Below, piece after piece: positions 1-14,469 of a stretch of 64,000 nucleotides of DNA. Source of the stretch: the human T2T-CHM13v2.0 reference genome, Homo sapiens. The stretch lies in NCBI RefSeq assembly GCF_009914755.1, contig NC_060947.1; one strand, written 5' to 3'. The notes beneath the pieces were generated by a model. That model was not told where the DNA came from and made no database searches. It saw nothing but the letters and a program-made list of their open reading frames with translations. The translations under genes and the position numbers were made by a program. Position 1 is the first letter of the stretch, and each line of letters opens with the position of its first letter.

Positions 1-108
1 TCATATTACTAGAAATTAAAGTATGAAACTTTCTCATTCTCCGGTTTTATCTTTATTTTAACTTTCTATGAAAAAAACATGCACACATATATACATAACA
101 TATACATT

Positions 109-112
<4 letters not shown>

Positions 113-142
<30 letters not shown>
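113..142. repeat. (TA)n microsatellite
   Basis: Pure ATATAT run visible directly. Confidence 0.95.
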
Positions 143-148
<6 letters not shown>

Positions 149-1090
149 TCAACAAGCTACTGCAAGTTTTTTAACCTAACCAATTCTCAATTTCTTCATT
201 TGAAAATGTGGACTGCAACCCATATAAAGCTGGGGCACTTTGTAGCCTATCTCAACCTGGTGTTTCATCCAGTCCAATATTTAAAAGTAATTGAAAATAA
301 ATTCAAATTATTTATTGAATCCTCTCAAAAACACCAAAAGAGGCTTCAATTTAAAGATATGCTTAAAATCCCTCTTACCCCTCTCCATGTATATATCTGT
401 CTCCCATGATTCCATTTTCTCTCACTCTAACTCTTCAAATCACTTCAAACCATCTGAAGACACCTCTTTCCTTTTCTCCTCTCCTCTCACCTTCTGTATT
501 TACTCTTTTCTCTTCCACTAGTAAGTCTCTGCCCTTTCCAGTGAAAATCAACCAAGCAAATTTGTTTCCTTTCAGTCTTGTCATTCATTTTTCCACATCA
601 GCTTATTAAAAGTCCAGGAACAGAACTGGGATTGGTAGAAGGAGAGGTTGAGAATTCTCATACCTTATTATACATTGCTTTCTCCTCACATGATAATATA
701 TACCTTGGAAGATTATAAGGATTGAAAACAATGAATGTAGCACACCTGGTCCAGTGCCCAAAGCACTGTAGGTTCTACATAGATGGGTGGTATCTATTAT
801 ACTGCACCAGTCCTATAAATATCACAGCCATCACTTCCCTAGGTACAAAACAAAGTGTTTGAAGCTCTAAGATAACTTTTAAATTCTGTGTTGTTGTGGT
901 TCTATTAAAATATGGGTAAAGACAAGATAAAGAAATACTTATTGTTTCTTTGTATCGAAGAGTTTTATATGAGCAAATATGCCCTGCTGTCAAACTGTGA
1001 AAACCAAGAGGTTCTCTCTTTTTAGTCCTACCCTTATCACCATCCACCACCCTCAGAACAGTAGTTATTCATTGTTATCAAGAACTTGGA

Positions 1091-2092
<1,002 letters not shown>

Positions 2093-2114
2093 CCCAATTT
2101 CAGTGCCAATTTTC

Positions 2115-2485
2115 TGTCTTAGTCTGTTTGAGTTGCTATAACATAATACTATAAACTGGCTGGATTATAAACAACTGAAATCTATTTCCCACAGTTCTGG
2201 AGACTAAGAAGTCCAAGATTAAGGCACCAACAAATTTGGTGTCTGGTGAGGGTCCAACTTTCTGGTTCAGACACAGTGCCTTCTGGCTGTGTCCCACATG
2301 GTGGAAGGAGCCAGCTAGCTCTCCAGGGTCTCATTTGTAAGGGCATTAATCCCATTCCTGAGGGTTCTGCCCTCATGACCTAATACCTCCCAGAGGCCTC
2401 CCCTCCTAATACCATCATATTGAGTGTTAGGTTTCATGATAGGAATTAGGAGTAGGGAAGACACATAGATTCAGACCAAATCAGT
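2115..2485 (-). mobile_element. MLT1A-type MaLR LTR
   Basis: TGTCTTAGTCTGTTTGAGTTGCTATAAC...GAAGTCCAAGATTAAGGCACC...TTCAGACC, the reverse complement of an MLT1A LTR. Confidence 0.8.
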
Positions 2486-3040
2486 ACTATTTGTCATATT
2501 TATTGCCCATTTGATCCTTCTGGTCACCAATCCATGAAATATGAACACACATAGGAAGAAAGCCAGCACAAGAAAGAGACTGAAGAAGCTAGGGGGCTGA
2601 TTGAGGTAAGAGTCAGAAGGATGAATTGATTATCTTGCCAGAAAATTGGTGATATGTGTAAGACACACTTTCCCTCCAAAAAGTAAGAATATCTTGCATT
2701 AGACTGTTGTACTAAAGTGTTATTTGCAGTACTGGGTATTAGTCCTCGTCAAACTTCCTAACATTCTCTAAACATTTAGCAGGAATTCAATAGCATGTAA
2801 AATAAACATGTGTTATCGGTAGACAAGATCTAATTTACAAAACTCTGATTTTTCTAAAATGTTTTCACTAAGTCCCCAACTCATTCACATCTTTCTCTCT
2901 CTACATATCAAATTGACAATCTTTTAACGTTTTTGAGCCACATGAGAATTTCTTTTCATTCAAATAGTTCTAAATCCTTTAGCTGCTGAATTCAAGTGGC
3001 AGCTTCCAATCTACTTCTTTTAGTCTCTTAAGGCCAATCA

Positions 3041-3266
3041 GGCCGGGCGTGGTGGCTCATGCCTATAATCCCAGCACTTTGGGAGGCCGAGGCAGATGGA
3101 TCCCTTGAGGCTGTGAGTTAGAGACCAGCCTGGCCAACATAGTGAAACCCTGTCTCTACTAAAAATACAAAAATTAGCTAGGCGTGGTGGCTGAGGCAAG
3201 AGAATTGCTTGAACCCAGGAGGCAGAGGTTGCAGTGAGCCGAGGGAGACAGAGTGAGACTCTGTCT

Positions 3267-3304
<38 letters not shown>
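3041..3304 (+). mobile_element. AluS with two internal deletions
   Basis: GGCCGGGCGTGGTGGCTCA start, long A tail, TSD AAGGCCAATCA / AAGGTCAATCA. Confidence 0.95.
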
Positions 3305-3306
<2 letters not shown>

Positions 3307-3519
3307 AGGTCAATCAAAACTTGTGGCCACCACCCCTCAGGCATGTGGTACTCCCATAATAAAGCCTGGAATTTTATTTACAACAGGAAGCACTGGAAGT
3401 AGCTACCAAGAATAATAGTTCCTTGAGGATGGGACCGATGCTATGCTTTTTTATGATGCTCCACTGAACTTACAATAATTCTGTGTACATAAAAGGTACT
3501 CCATAATATACTGAGTGGT

Positions 3520-3925
3520 ACTTGTTTTAGGTCCATGGCATCTCTTGTAGCTAGTTGTGTTCATATGATTGAATCTAGCTACAACGTAGAAGTTGCAGGG
3601 TGGAACTTTTAGGAAAATTCCTTATAAGAGGAGGATGGACAGCAGATGAGTATCATTTTGCCCTTCCCCTCTTCCTCCTTTCTTTGCCAGAGGGTAAATG
3701 GTTGCCATTTCCCTAACAGCTGTCTTGGACTATAAGGCGATGCACTAAGAATGTACTAAGAATTATGACCTAGGATAGAATGAACACAGGTCCCTGATAA
3801 GAGTGGAAGGCCACCCTGGAGTGCCTATTTTGGCACTTTACAAAAGAGAAACAAACACTTATGTATATCATTGGTTTTGGATGATGCTTTCTGTTACACA
3901 CAGTTGAACCTAATCCTAACTGATA
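3520..3925 (+). mobile_element. Old MLT1 (J/K-like) LTR fragment
   Basis: Ends in TTCTGTTACACACAGTTGAACCTAATCCTAACTGATA, similar to MLT1J/K 3' ends; highly diverged. Confidence 0.45.
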
Positions 3926-4989
3926 AAAGGGCAATAATGCCTATGGTAGTAGCCAAGAATCAGGTGATTCTAGGTCAGCCTACATCAAGACAATACGGGA
4001 GCAGCTGAAGGAACAGGCTCCTCAAGATTGACTCCAACACCTCAGGCTACCTTCTGGATTTACTCGGCCTCTAGACTGGAACCTGGGGATAACAATGAGA
4101 AGGCAGAAGGAAACTGCAGCACATATCCTAGACTGAGATCTAGATACAGCCTTGAATGGACTTGAGCTGTGACTATATGGCCCACTTCCTTGATTCAATA
4201 TCTAGAGACCTTGATAATGAAAAGCATCATCTACAGAGGCTAAATCAGTGAAGAACAAGATTAGTCAAGGCTATTTGATGATATTAAGGGATTTTTAAAA
4301 TTTTTGTAAGTATGATAATGAGATTGTAGTTTTTTTTTCAAGTTATCTTTTAGAGATACAAATTGAAATATTTATAAGTGAAATAAAATAATGGCTGGAA
4401 TTCTCTTCAAAATACTTTGAGGGGAGAAATGGATGATAATATGGATGAAATAAGACTGCCATGAGTTGATCATTGTGGATGCAAGGAACATGGAGATTCG
4501 TCATACTATTTCTCTACTTTTCTATGATGATTGAAATTCTTCATTAACAAAATAAAAATAAGAGTGACCCATGGAGAATCACATTACACCGAGGAGTGTC
4601 TGGTAGCAGGAGTGGGCATAGAAGCAAGTGCAGATTAGTAGTGGATTTCCCTCCTGCTGGGAGCACAGAGGAACCACTCCCTAGCACCTATGCTACTCAG
4701 CCATTCAAATTCCAGTCTGGCTAGGCTGGCCCATGTATAACTGTGATGAAGGGTGTGGGCCAGCCCCACTCCATCTCTTCCTTGTTATTAAATCACAGAA
4801 AGGCTCAGTGAGAGCATTGTATATTCCTCTTCTATCTCCACATTTGCAGTCAAAGGAGTCAAAACACTTGCGGCTGTGAATATTGAGTGCTGTTGTAGAC
4901 ACTATGCTAAAATAGCTCTGGGTCCAAAGTTTATGAGATATTTCTTTAGAGACAGAAGCTTTGGTGCAGAGTTTGAAAAATAACCTCTT

Positions 4990-5305
<316 letters not shown>

Positions 5306-5799
5306 AGTAATCTCTTGATGTTAGACAGATGCTTTCATTCTCTGCTGATGGGAGGGTTAGGGAGTCTACCTTTCTGGCAAGTTGGTAGTATGTAGAGTGC
5401 AAAAATAATATGGCAACAATCTAAATGGTCAAAAATTCACGAGTAAGAGAATAATGCAATGCTTATACATGGGATATGGCATAACTATTAAAATGATGTT
5501 TATGAAGAATTTATAATAACATGGGAAGTCCTTATGCTACCATTGTTAAATGAAAAAAATTGGAACATAAAATTGTTTGTTCTATATAATCCCATGATGT
5601 AAAATATACAATTATATGGAAACAAACAAAAAGACCCTTTGTCTCAACAGTAATTAAACCAGGCTGATGGGATTAGGAATGATTCCTATCCATTTATTTT
5701 TCCTTAGGGTAGAGTCATACCTGGGGTACAGGAGATCTGAATCAGTAAAATATGGGGATCTGTAAAGCATAAGTTATCAGCCATGGACTTTTACCTGGC

Positions 5800-6420
5800 A
5801 CCACTGATAGAACTCAGAAGGGTTGTAAACTTGGACTGCTAAAAAGTTATATCTCTATTGTCACTAACCTCTACTAATTTTTTTGTTTTTTTTTTATTGT
5901 GGTAAAATATACATAACATAAAATTTAGCATTTTAACCATTTCAAGAGTACAGTTTTGTGGCATTAAATATATTTACATTGTACAACCATTACCGTCATC
6001 TCTAGACTGAAATTTAACTTCTTCAATTATGAATGTAGTCAATGCACCACAGTAAATTACCAGTACCTGTGACTTTGTCACCAATTGAAATCAAAGTTAT
6101 TTTCATATCACATTACAGTTGTTAGTAGATATATCGAAATATTGTTCGTGTTCTTCACAGCTTTGAAATTCAGCAGTTACTAGAACTGCCACCAAATCGT
6201 GTTATTTAATGTAAAATTACCAGATTATGAAATAGTTTTTAAAATTGTTCTTAACCATGTTTCAGTATAAAAGTTTTCCTTGGTAATCCTATATATTTTA
6301 TTTTAGTAATCCTATGTATTTTATTTTATGTATTTTAAAACATTGCTTTCAGAAGAAATTGATAGGTTTCATCAAACTGCCAAAGGGATTCACAGGACAA
6401 AAACAATAAAGAAATTCTCA
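5800..6420. mobile_element. hAT-Charlie-type DNA transposon fossil interrupted by an antisense L1M 3' fragment (~5878-6000)
   Basis: CACTAACCTCTA...CTGAAATTTAAC...CAGTACCTGTGACTTTGTCACCAAT matches a recalled Charlie-family element; the insert TTTTATTGTGGTAAAATATACATAACATAAAATTT is an L1MB-like 3' end. Confidence 0.6.
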
Positions 6421-6769
6421 GCAGATGTGTTCCTGACAGATGGGCTAATTAAAGTGTTAGTTACCCTCAATATATAATAGTGGCTTAGTAACAGGTGTGT
6501 TTGGGGCCCCAAAATTCTTTCCAATTGTTCTATTGGTGATGTAGCCTAGTAGAATATGATACCAACTCCATCTGCATCTCCCCAACACTCCCTGTGCATT
6601 TAGCCATTAGAATAATCTTGTTTGCAGGTATCCTTCAGAAAACACTGTTTGATGGACCTCAAAAGACATTCAGGTGTAAACAGGAAGCTAACTGGAAAGA
6701 GAAATGGCCTGATGGGGCTGATGGAGAGTTGTGTTGACAGTTTTTCCTCTGCCTCAGTGGCCAATCAAC

Positions 6770-7192
6770 ATTACGCTAGGTGAAATAAGCCAGGCACAGA
6801 AAGACAATTACTGCATGATCTCACTCATATGCGAAATCTAAAAAAATCAAACTCACAGAAGCAAAGAGTAGAATGGTGGTTACCCCGGCTAGGGGATGGG
6901 AGGATATGGAAGGAGAGATGTTGGTCAAAGGATGCAAAATTTCAGTCAGGAGGAATGAGTTCAAGAGATTCATTGCACAAAATGGTGACTATAGTTAATA
7001 ACAATGTATACTCAAAATTGGCTAAGAGAGACTTTAAGTGTTCTCATCACAAAAAAATAAGTATGTGAGGTAATGAATATGTTAATTAGCTTGATTTAGC
7101 CATCCCACAATATAGACACCTATCAAAACATCATTTTGTACATCATAAATATATACAATTTTTATTTGTCAATTTAAAACATAACTAAAAAA
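6770..7192 (+). mobile_element. L1MA 3' end
   Basis: GTGAAATAAGCCAGGCACAGAAAGACAA...TGTTCTCATCACAAAAAAATAAGTATGTGAGGTAATG, typical of the L1MA 3' UTR. Confidence 0.85.
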
Positions 7193-8137
7193 ATTGAACC
7201 CATCAAAAATGTAGATCAGCACTCATTGAGGAAGGCCAGGAGTTTTTTAAAACCCTATAAATACATTTCAAAGATTAAAAAGTTGAGAAAGTAACCCTTT
7301 TAAAGCTTAAGTTGAGCAACAAAGTAGCATGAAAATTATCAGAGTAGAGTTTAAGAGGGACAAACCAGTCTCACTTTTCAAAATGGAATCCATCTCTGTA
7401 ATGTATTTCTTCTATTAGAAAATGTTTTGGGGATCTGATATGGTGCTAGGGGCTGTATTCCCTGGGCTATGACCACCATCTGATACCTTTCTGTGCATAT
7501 AAGACTTATTTCCCCCACAAATCCCAAATTTCCCATATTCAAATGAAAACATTCTCTAAAGTTGAAAGACATCTACCTAATCTATAATCACCTTCTCTGA
7601 GAGCTAGACCCATCTACACGTGTCCCTCACCAGACGTCTACAGAGTTGGGTCCCAGCAGTCTCTCAGTGAATCTAAATCCTTGGCAACGGCAGATTGGCC
7701 AGCAGTGGAGGCCTGATCTATGCTCAACCAATCAGATTCTCTCTCCTGGGAATTTGGAATTGAGAATCAGAGTTACTCCCTGGTGCTTTGAAGTGTGGGC
7801 AAATAAACTTAGGGGCTGTGTGGTGGGCATGTTTGGCGATATGCATGCTGAGGCAGATAGCATGTCAGCCCAGGGTGGCACACCAGTGTGCAGAGAGAAG
7901 CAGAGACATTTCCTGAAGCTCAGCTGCACTTTCTGCCCAAGACCTCTGTATTCACATTACAGAAACCCCCTTTGGGCTGGGGCTGGTTTGCCCCCAATTG
8001 CAAACTTTAAAGTTTGCACTTATGCACTCCACAGGCCAGCTCACGACTATCTTGGCCCCCTCTTCCCAAAATCACCATCAACATCCCACCAGTCCCTTCT
8101 GAAAAGAAAACAAGGAGCAGCCACCCAACTAGCATAC

Positions 8138-8233
8138 CTCGGGTCTGCCAATGCTTCTCCGGACCCTCGCTCCAACCCCTTCCGACTGCTCCCGGCTGAG
8201 CACTGAGAGAGTAACTTTCTTGGAGGACCCCAT
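8138..8233 (-). CDS. PIR: Pirin, first coding exon (exon 2 spans 8138-8285); MGSSKKVTLSVLSREQSEGVGARVRRSIGRPE
   Basis: ATG at 8233-8231, 32 codons matching the pirin N-terminus; acceptor TTCCTTTAG before 8285; donor GAG|GTATGC at 8138/8137. Downstream exons lie outside the window. Confidence 0.96.
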
Positions 8234-8554
8234 ATCGGAGTCTAAAAAGAGAGTGTTCTGATGCTGAGCTGTAGAGGATGGAGGGCTAAAGGAAGGACAA
8301 CAAAAAAAAAAGAAGTCATAAAGGAGGGAACATCCAAGGACTACAAAATAAATGATATTAAGATTAGATGCGCAAAATAGTAGCAGCTACAATTTGTTGA
8401 TGTCTTACTATGTGCAGGGCCTGGGTTAGGTGATTTAAAACAACCATAATGATGGTGAACATGTATGCATACCTACTAGGTGCCCAGTACCCCACCAATT
8501 ATTTACAACTATCTCATGTAATCCTACAGTAATCTTGTGCGAAGGTTAGCGATA

Positions 8555-8923
8555 CAGTCATGTGCCTGCCACATAATGACATTCAGGTCAACATTACACA
8601 GTCAACAATATATGGACTGTATGTATGACAGTAGTCCCATAAGACTATAATGCCATATTTTTACTGTATCTTTTCTATGTTTAGGTATGTTTAGATACAC
8701 AAATACTCACCACGGTGTTGCAGTTGCCTCAGTATTCAGTACAGGAACATGCTGTATGGGTTTGTAGCCTAGGAACAATAGGCTATACCATATATCCTAC
8801 TACACACCTAGGTTATACCAGCTAGGTTTGTCTAAGTGTACTCTAAGATGCTTGCACAACGACAAAATCACCTAACAATGCATTTCTCCGAACATATCCC
8901 CATCGTTAAGTGAAGCATGACTT
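8555..8923 (+). mobile_element. Tigger3a-like DNA transposon
   Basis: TA|CAGTCATG start and GCATGACT end (terminal inverted repeats); body matches recalled Tigger3a. Confidence 0.85.
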
Positions 8924-9534
8924 TAGCAGCTCTGTTGGCCCCTTACTAAAAATCTCCAATGAACACTTTGTCTTTCTTACTTCACTGAATTCTCTCGATC
9001 TCCCACCCCTTCCCCAGTGCCACTCATCTGTCAGCCTCACTGGTAGCACCCATGAGGTAGTTGCTACCAATGAGGCTGACAGATGGGGGCAGGTTTGTGT
9101 GGCGCCTTAGAGAAAATGGAGAAAAACAAAGAGGTCCCTAACTCTTACCAGAACATGCTGAAGATCTTGGCATTAAAAGAGATCTTCGAGGGTCATTGAA
9201 TTCAAAGACCCATCTATTCCTGAAGTTCAGGGCCAACATTTTGGGCAAGAAATCTTTCAGCTTACTCATGAAGTCTCCTAGAGCATAGGCAAGTCATGGA
9301 CCAGCTGTTCTTGGCAATGTATCTCATATTTCAGGACTTACCTATAGCCAGAGTTTGTTATTCGAAAGTCTTTTCCTCTTTGGGAGGTCTAGGTTCTAAT
9401 GGACTATCCCAGAAGGAATATAATCTATCCCTATTCCACTTCAAGTGTTTGCAGACAGTACCCCCAATCCCTTAAATCTTTTCTTCAAGTGAAATATACC
9501 CAATTCCTTCAAAGATTCCTACTGAAACGAAGAG

Positions 9535-9715
9535 AGGTGCTTTGGCAAAAAGCAGACTCTGGAACCAGACAGCCTAGGTTTGCATCTCAGCTTCACCACA
9601 TATCAGCTGTGTGACCTGAGGTTTTCTGTGGCTCAGTTTTATCTGTAAAATGGAATGATAAGACCGCCTACCTCAAAGGGGTGCAGTTAGTGCTATGAGA
9701 ATGTTAGCTGCTGTT
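9535..9715 (+). mobile_element. MIR
   Basis: GACTCTGGAACCAGACAGCCTAGGTTTG...CTCAGTTTTATCTGTAAAATGG core. Confidence 0.7.
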
Positions 9716-10131
9716 ATTCAGAAGGGCTCTACTCCACAATACCCTCCACTTAGTCAAGGCCTACCCTAAAATGTATCCTCCCTGAATAGTAATCGATAAA
9801 TATTTATTGGGTGATAGGTTGCAAGGCGCAGAAACGAGCTTAATACTCAAAGCAGTACAGGCCGGTCATCACCTACATCGAAGCAACCAGAAAGTATCTT
9901 TATCCCCATCTAGATTATGTCTGGGTCCTTCCAGACTCCTACGATTAAATTGTATGCATGTGAACAACTGATGAGGTACTTAGATCTCAGTGCTTTGCAG
10001 AAAGAAAAGCCGTCTACCATTTTCACCAAATTTCGTAGTACAATTTAAGTATCTCTTGTTATCTCCCCTAGGAGTCTAAAGTGAGCTGGGGAAGGCAGGA
10101 TTTTGCAAACTGACCGCCAGCATTCCCTCAC

Positions 10132-10500
10132 CTAGTGGACCCCTGCAGGAGCCCCAGGTACTCACGCTGCGGTAGCGGCACCTGGAGCCTTAGCGGCGGG
10201 GGTGACGCGAAGAGCCGCCGGGAGCGAGTGCAGGGAGGGCAGGTTAAGAGAGTGTGGGTCCAGTAGCCTCACCGTGACTCAGCGCTTCGCGGCCGGCGGC
10301 CTAGAGGAGGCGGGAGGCGGGAGTCTACGGGTCTCGGAGGCCCTGGGGCTCCGCCCTCGGGAATGTCACTCCACTCTCGCTCCGCCCTACGCCTCTCCCA
10401 GGCCAGCTTGGCGGCCCTTTGGCCTCCCTGCCTCTCGTGCCGGGAAGAGATGCTCACTCGGGTAATTTAGGCGGCACTTGCTGTGCTCCAGGAGGAAATG
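10132..10500 (-). other. PIR: PIR non-coding exon 1 (TSS position approximate; alternative donors)
   Basis: Minus-strand donors TAG|GTGAGG (exon end 10132) and AGC|GTGAGT (exon end 10166) inside a CpG island 1.9 kb upstream of exon 2. Confidence 0.75.
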
Positions 10501-10630
10501 TGTGGCCCGGGCAGGTGCTCTGATCGGCGCTCCGGTCGGTCTTGTGGGAAATCTGTTTTTAACTGTAGTCTCCCTGTCACCCAGCCGGCGGAGCTTGGCG
10601 GCACGGATTCCAGTGCTGCCTCCACCGCTG
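10150..10630. promoter_or_regulatory. PIR: CpG island / PIR promoter
   Basis: Dense CpG and GC boxes (GGCGGG, CCGCCC) against a CpG-poor background. Confidence 0.9.
10274..10284 (+). promoter_or_regulatory. Antioxidant response element (NRF2/sMAF) with embedded AP-1 site
   Basis: GTGACTCAGCG fits RTGACTCAGCR; PIR is an established NRF2 target. Confidence 0.85.
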
Positions 10631-11134
10631 GGAGGCACCACTTGACATGACCTGGGACAGGTGGCTCAGTCTCTCTGTGCCTCTGGTTCCTCCTCTATAA
10701 AATGAGGATGGTGATGATAATAGTGCCAGCCTTATCGGGCTGAAATGAGAATTAAATGAGCCTGTCACATTCTAAGCACTACAGAATCGTTTGTTCCATA
10801 GATAAGTTGCCTGCTGTTTGTCAGTTAGAATTGCGAGAAAAGGAGTGCGGGAGTGGGGACGGGCAGCCATACGTCTTTATTCCTGCCTGAAGAGAAGGCA
10901 CACTCTAGTGGGGAGATAATTGGTTAAGAGTTTGTATGGTGTTGGAACACAGTGGGCAGGCGTTGGAGAGTTTTTCCAGAAGAATGAGGAGCTGGCACAA
11001 GCCAGTGAGGGGATCTAGTTGATTACTAGGATTATTAACTAGTGGTACAGGCATAGCTGCAGTTTCTATTCTCTAAACACCAGAAGGCTCATTGCCTGGT
11101 TTTGAGAAAGGAAAGACAGTGGTGTCTCTAAAAT

Positions 11135-11492
11135 AAGGTTGGAAAACTTTGTCTGTGAAGGACCAGATAGTAAATACTTTGACTTTGCAGGCCATGTACA
11201 TTCTCCAGTTTGCCTTTGTAGCAAGAAAGCAGCCATAGATAACATGTAAATAAATGAATGTGGCTGTAGTTCAATAAAACTTTAATTATGAATACTGAAA
11301 TATAAATTCATAAAATTCATACAATTTTGAGTTCATATAATTTTTACTTGTCATGAAATATTATCCTTCTTTTGATCTTAAATGTAAAACCACTTAAAAT
11401 GTAAAAACCATTCTTAGCCCTCTGGCTATACAAAAATAGGTAGTGGGCTACCTACTCATTTTGGCTGCAGGCCTAGTATGCAGATCCCTGCT
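11135..11492. mobile_element. MER58B-like hAT-Charlie element
   Basis: GGTTGGAAAACTTTGTCTGTGAAGGACCAGATAGTAAATA...GCAGCCATAGA...TGTGGCTGT...GCAGATCCCTG. Confidence 0.75.
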
Positions 11493-12310
11493 CTAAAAGA
11501 ACAGGTTAGTAGAGGAACGAACACTTTTCTCTGGGCTTTTAAAATATCAGTGGGGCTTAAACCCGTCCTCATCACCTTACTTAGGCAGTTCAAGGCTAGC
11601 TGAGATAATACACATGAACATTAAAGGTGCTATGGAATAACAAAGTATTGTTTCTTATCGTCATTGTAACTAGTTCTGCAACTGTCTCCTCTACCTCTGC
11701 AGCTGTAATAGGTGTACTAGGAGTGAACGTTTCTCCTCTTTGTCTCTCAGAAGCCAGTTACAGGTAAAAGCTAAGTCCAAGGTTGTACATGGTTAGAGCA
11801 ATGCAGGAATTCCATTTACAGGCCCCTGCAGAAAAAAGAAAAGAAAAGAAAAAAGAACAAGTCTGAAAAGGTAGAAGACTTAAAATGAGGAGAAACAAAG
11901 GTGAGAGAGGGAAGAATTCTTACAAATGAACAAAGGGCGTATAATGTTTCACTGTAACAGGGTCCTGTTTTGAGATGAGAAATGTGACCCTGTATATTAA
12001 GCTTTGAGCACTTTTCACACTGTCATTGACATCCAGATCAAGATGTGGAGTAGGTGGCTAAATATATGAGTGTGTAGATGGACTGTTGATCACCTTTGGA
12101 ATCTTGGGAAGCATAAAGAAAACTCATGCTGATATGACAATGAACAAAGCCTTCCCTAAATGATTCCAAATAACACCATTATAATCTTTAAAGACAACCA
12201 CATTATTTAGGTACCTTGACTCTTTTCTTTTTTATTCACGAATTCCATTTTCCTCCTCTGTAAAACTTATTGAATTTCTTTTCAAAGATACATATTATAG
12301 AAGTACATGG

Positions 12311-12617
<307 letters not shown>

Positions 12618-13829
12618 GTACATGGACATCTGAAACACTTCCTTATTTTTGTTTCTTTCTTCTTCAAGCCATCAACTCAAAAATTCTTTCTTGTAGATTT
12701 TGTTAATTTGCCCTTCAGGGCAGTGTAGCTGCTATTCATTAGATGACAAATGTCTCTGAAATATTCCATATTATAAAGACTCAGACTCACTGAACCCAGG
12801 AAATCAATTGGCTCCAAGTCAAGGACTGATTATTTTATAAATGCTAGTTTACGAAGGCCATAAATACACTGGGTGGTTAAAGACATCCAAAGATATCCAG
12901 AAAAGATGAGCACATGTGACTCCCATATCCACCCTCATGAGAGCATTCTGCACAGACACGGTCTGTTCCATCGACCAGTGCTCTGACCAAGAAGCTACAT
13001 GTGATCAGCTGTTGCATGAAACTCATAATTGTGTTTTTCTCTATCTTTCCCTTGGGTTTTTGGCAGTTCTCCGAAAAAAAAATAGCTTATGACCCTTTCC
13101 TTTGAGCCACAGAACTTTCTAGAATCCATCACAAGCAAAATACTCTCAGGCCTGAAAGGCCAATTCATCTCTGAACCAGGAAACTGGAGAAATTTAGATG
13201 AATGATTCCCCTGATACTTACCTCAATTACCCTGATAACCTTTCTCAGTTTTCAGCTTTTGTAAAGTTTTGTCTTCTGGCTGAATGGAGGCCGCTTTCTA
13301 GATCACAGTATTGGAGTAAAAATTAAAAAATAATTTGAATAACTAACAACCTCTAGTTAATGTTATGTACATTAACTAGTGTTTATGGATTAAGTGTACT
13401 GATGTCCGCAACTTACTTTGAATGCACCAAAAAATAACAATAGCAGCAATAATAATAGGAATGACAACAAAGTGAATTAATGGATGAATAGAGAGATGGA
13501 TAAACGGATTGATATATGACAAAGCAAATACAGCAAAATGTCAATTGTAGAATCCAGATGGTGGTGTATTGGTGCTTTAACTTTTTTTAACTTTTCTATA
13601 TTTTGAAATGTTTCATGATACAATCTTAGGAAAAAAATAATTTGAGTCACAGTGGGAATCAGAACTAGAAGGATTCCAAAATGTTATACCCCTTTGTCTA
13701 CTTTCTTTGCTTCCAACTCTAGCACCTTGTACACAGTAAATGAAGTGACTCTCTGTTGAATGGAGCTGTTAAACTAAATTCCAAGCTGCAAGATCACTTC
13801 CAAAGCTGGCAGGATGCTTCCAGAGTATG

Positions 13830-14070
13830 AGTTGGTGATTTATTTCTGTGAAGGCCAGATAGTAAGTATTTGAGACTTTGTGAGCATACAGTCTCTGTCT
13901 CAACTATTCAACTCTGCCGTTGTAGACTGAAAGCAGACATAGACAACACTTGACAGTTTGCCAAGTAGAGGATACCATCAATGCAAAGGCCGTGGGGCAG
14001 GAATAGTGGCTGTGTTCCAATAAATTTTATTCACAAAAACTCATGGGGCTCATAGTTCGCCAACTCCATG
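13830..14070. mobile_element. MER58A-like element carrying a 49-bp foreign insert
   Basis: TTCTGTGAAGGCCAGATAGTAAGTATT...CAACTATTCAACTCTGCCGTTGTAG...GTGGCTGTGTTCCAATAAA. Confidence 0.8.
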
Positions 14071-14469
14071 TAGACCACAAATACTTACCTCCGACTAGAA
14101 AAACAGGAGTAAGATTGACAAAATGCCAACAGTCTATGTAAAGGTTTCATGGGTGACAGGACAGGACATGGCTGATAACAAAAGGAAACAACAAACATTT
14201 TTGTGTCTACCTCCACCTCCTACTCACCCATTTCCTTTCATTAAAAACAGGGCAGTTTGTTCCGGCACTGAACCTGAGGTTTGATATGCAAGCACCCTTA
14301 GGAGAGGTGACATGTTAATCTTCAATTCTAGTAAGTGTGAATAATTCACATCTGATCCCAACTTACAAGCAGATTATTTTAGCACCAGAAGGAATACATG
14401 CAGGAGGTAATGGAGTGACGTCCCCAAAGAAGAGATACCCATGAACAAAGTTCAAACTGCAGAGATAAG

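Noticed and set aside
7646-8206. 186-aa plus-strand ORF, the longest in the track
   Set aside because: Non-ATG start, runs through old LTR-like sequence and antisense to the PIR exon; no recognisable protein.
11752-11763. Plus-strand micro-exon-like CAG|AAGCCAGTTACAG|GTAAAA
   Set aside because: Very short, with no promoter or partner exon supportable from the sequence.
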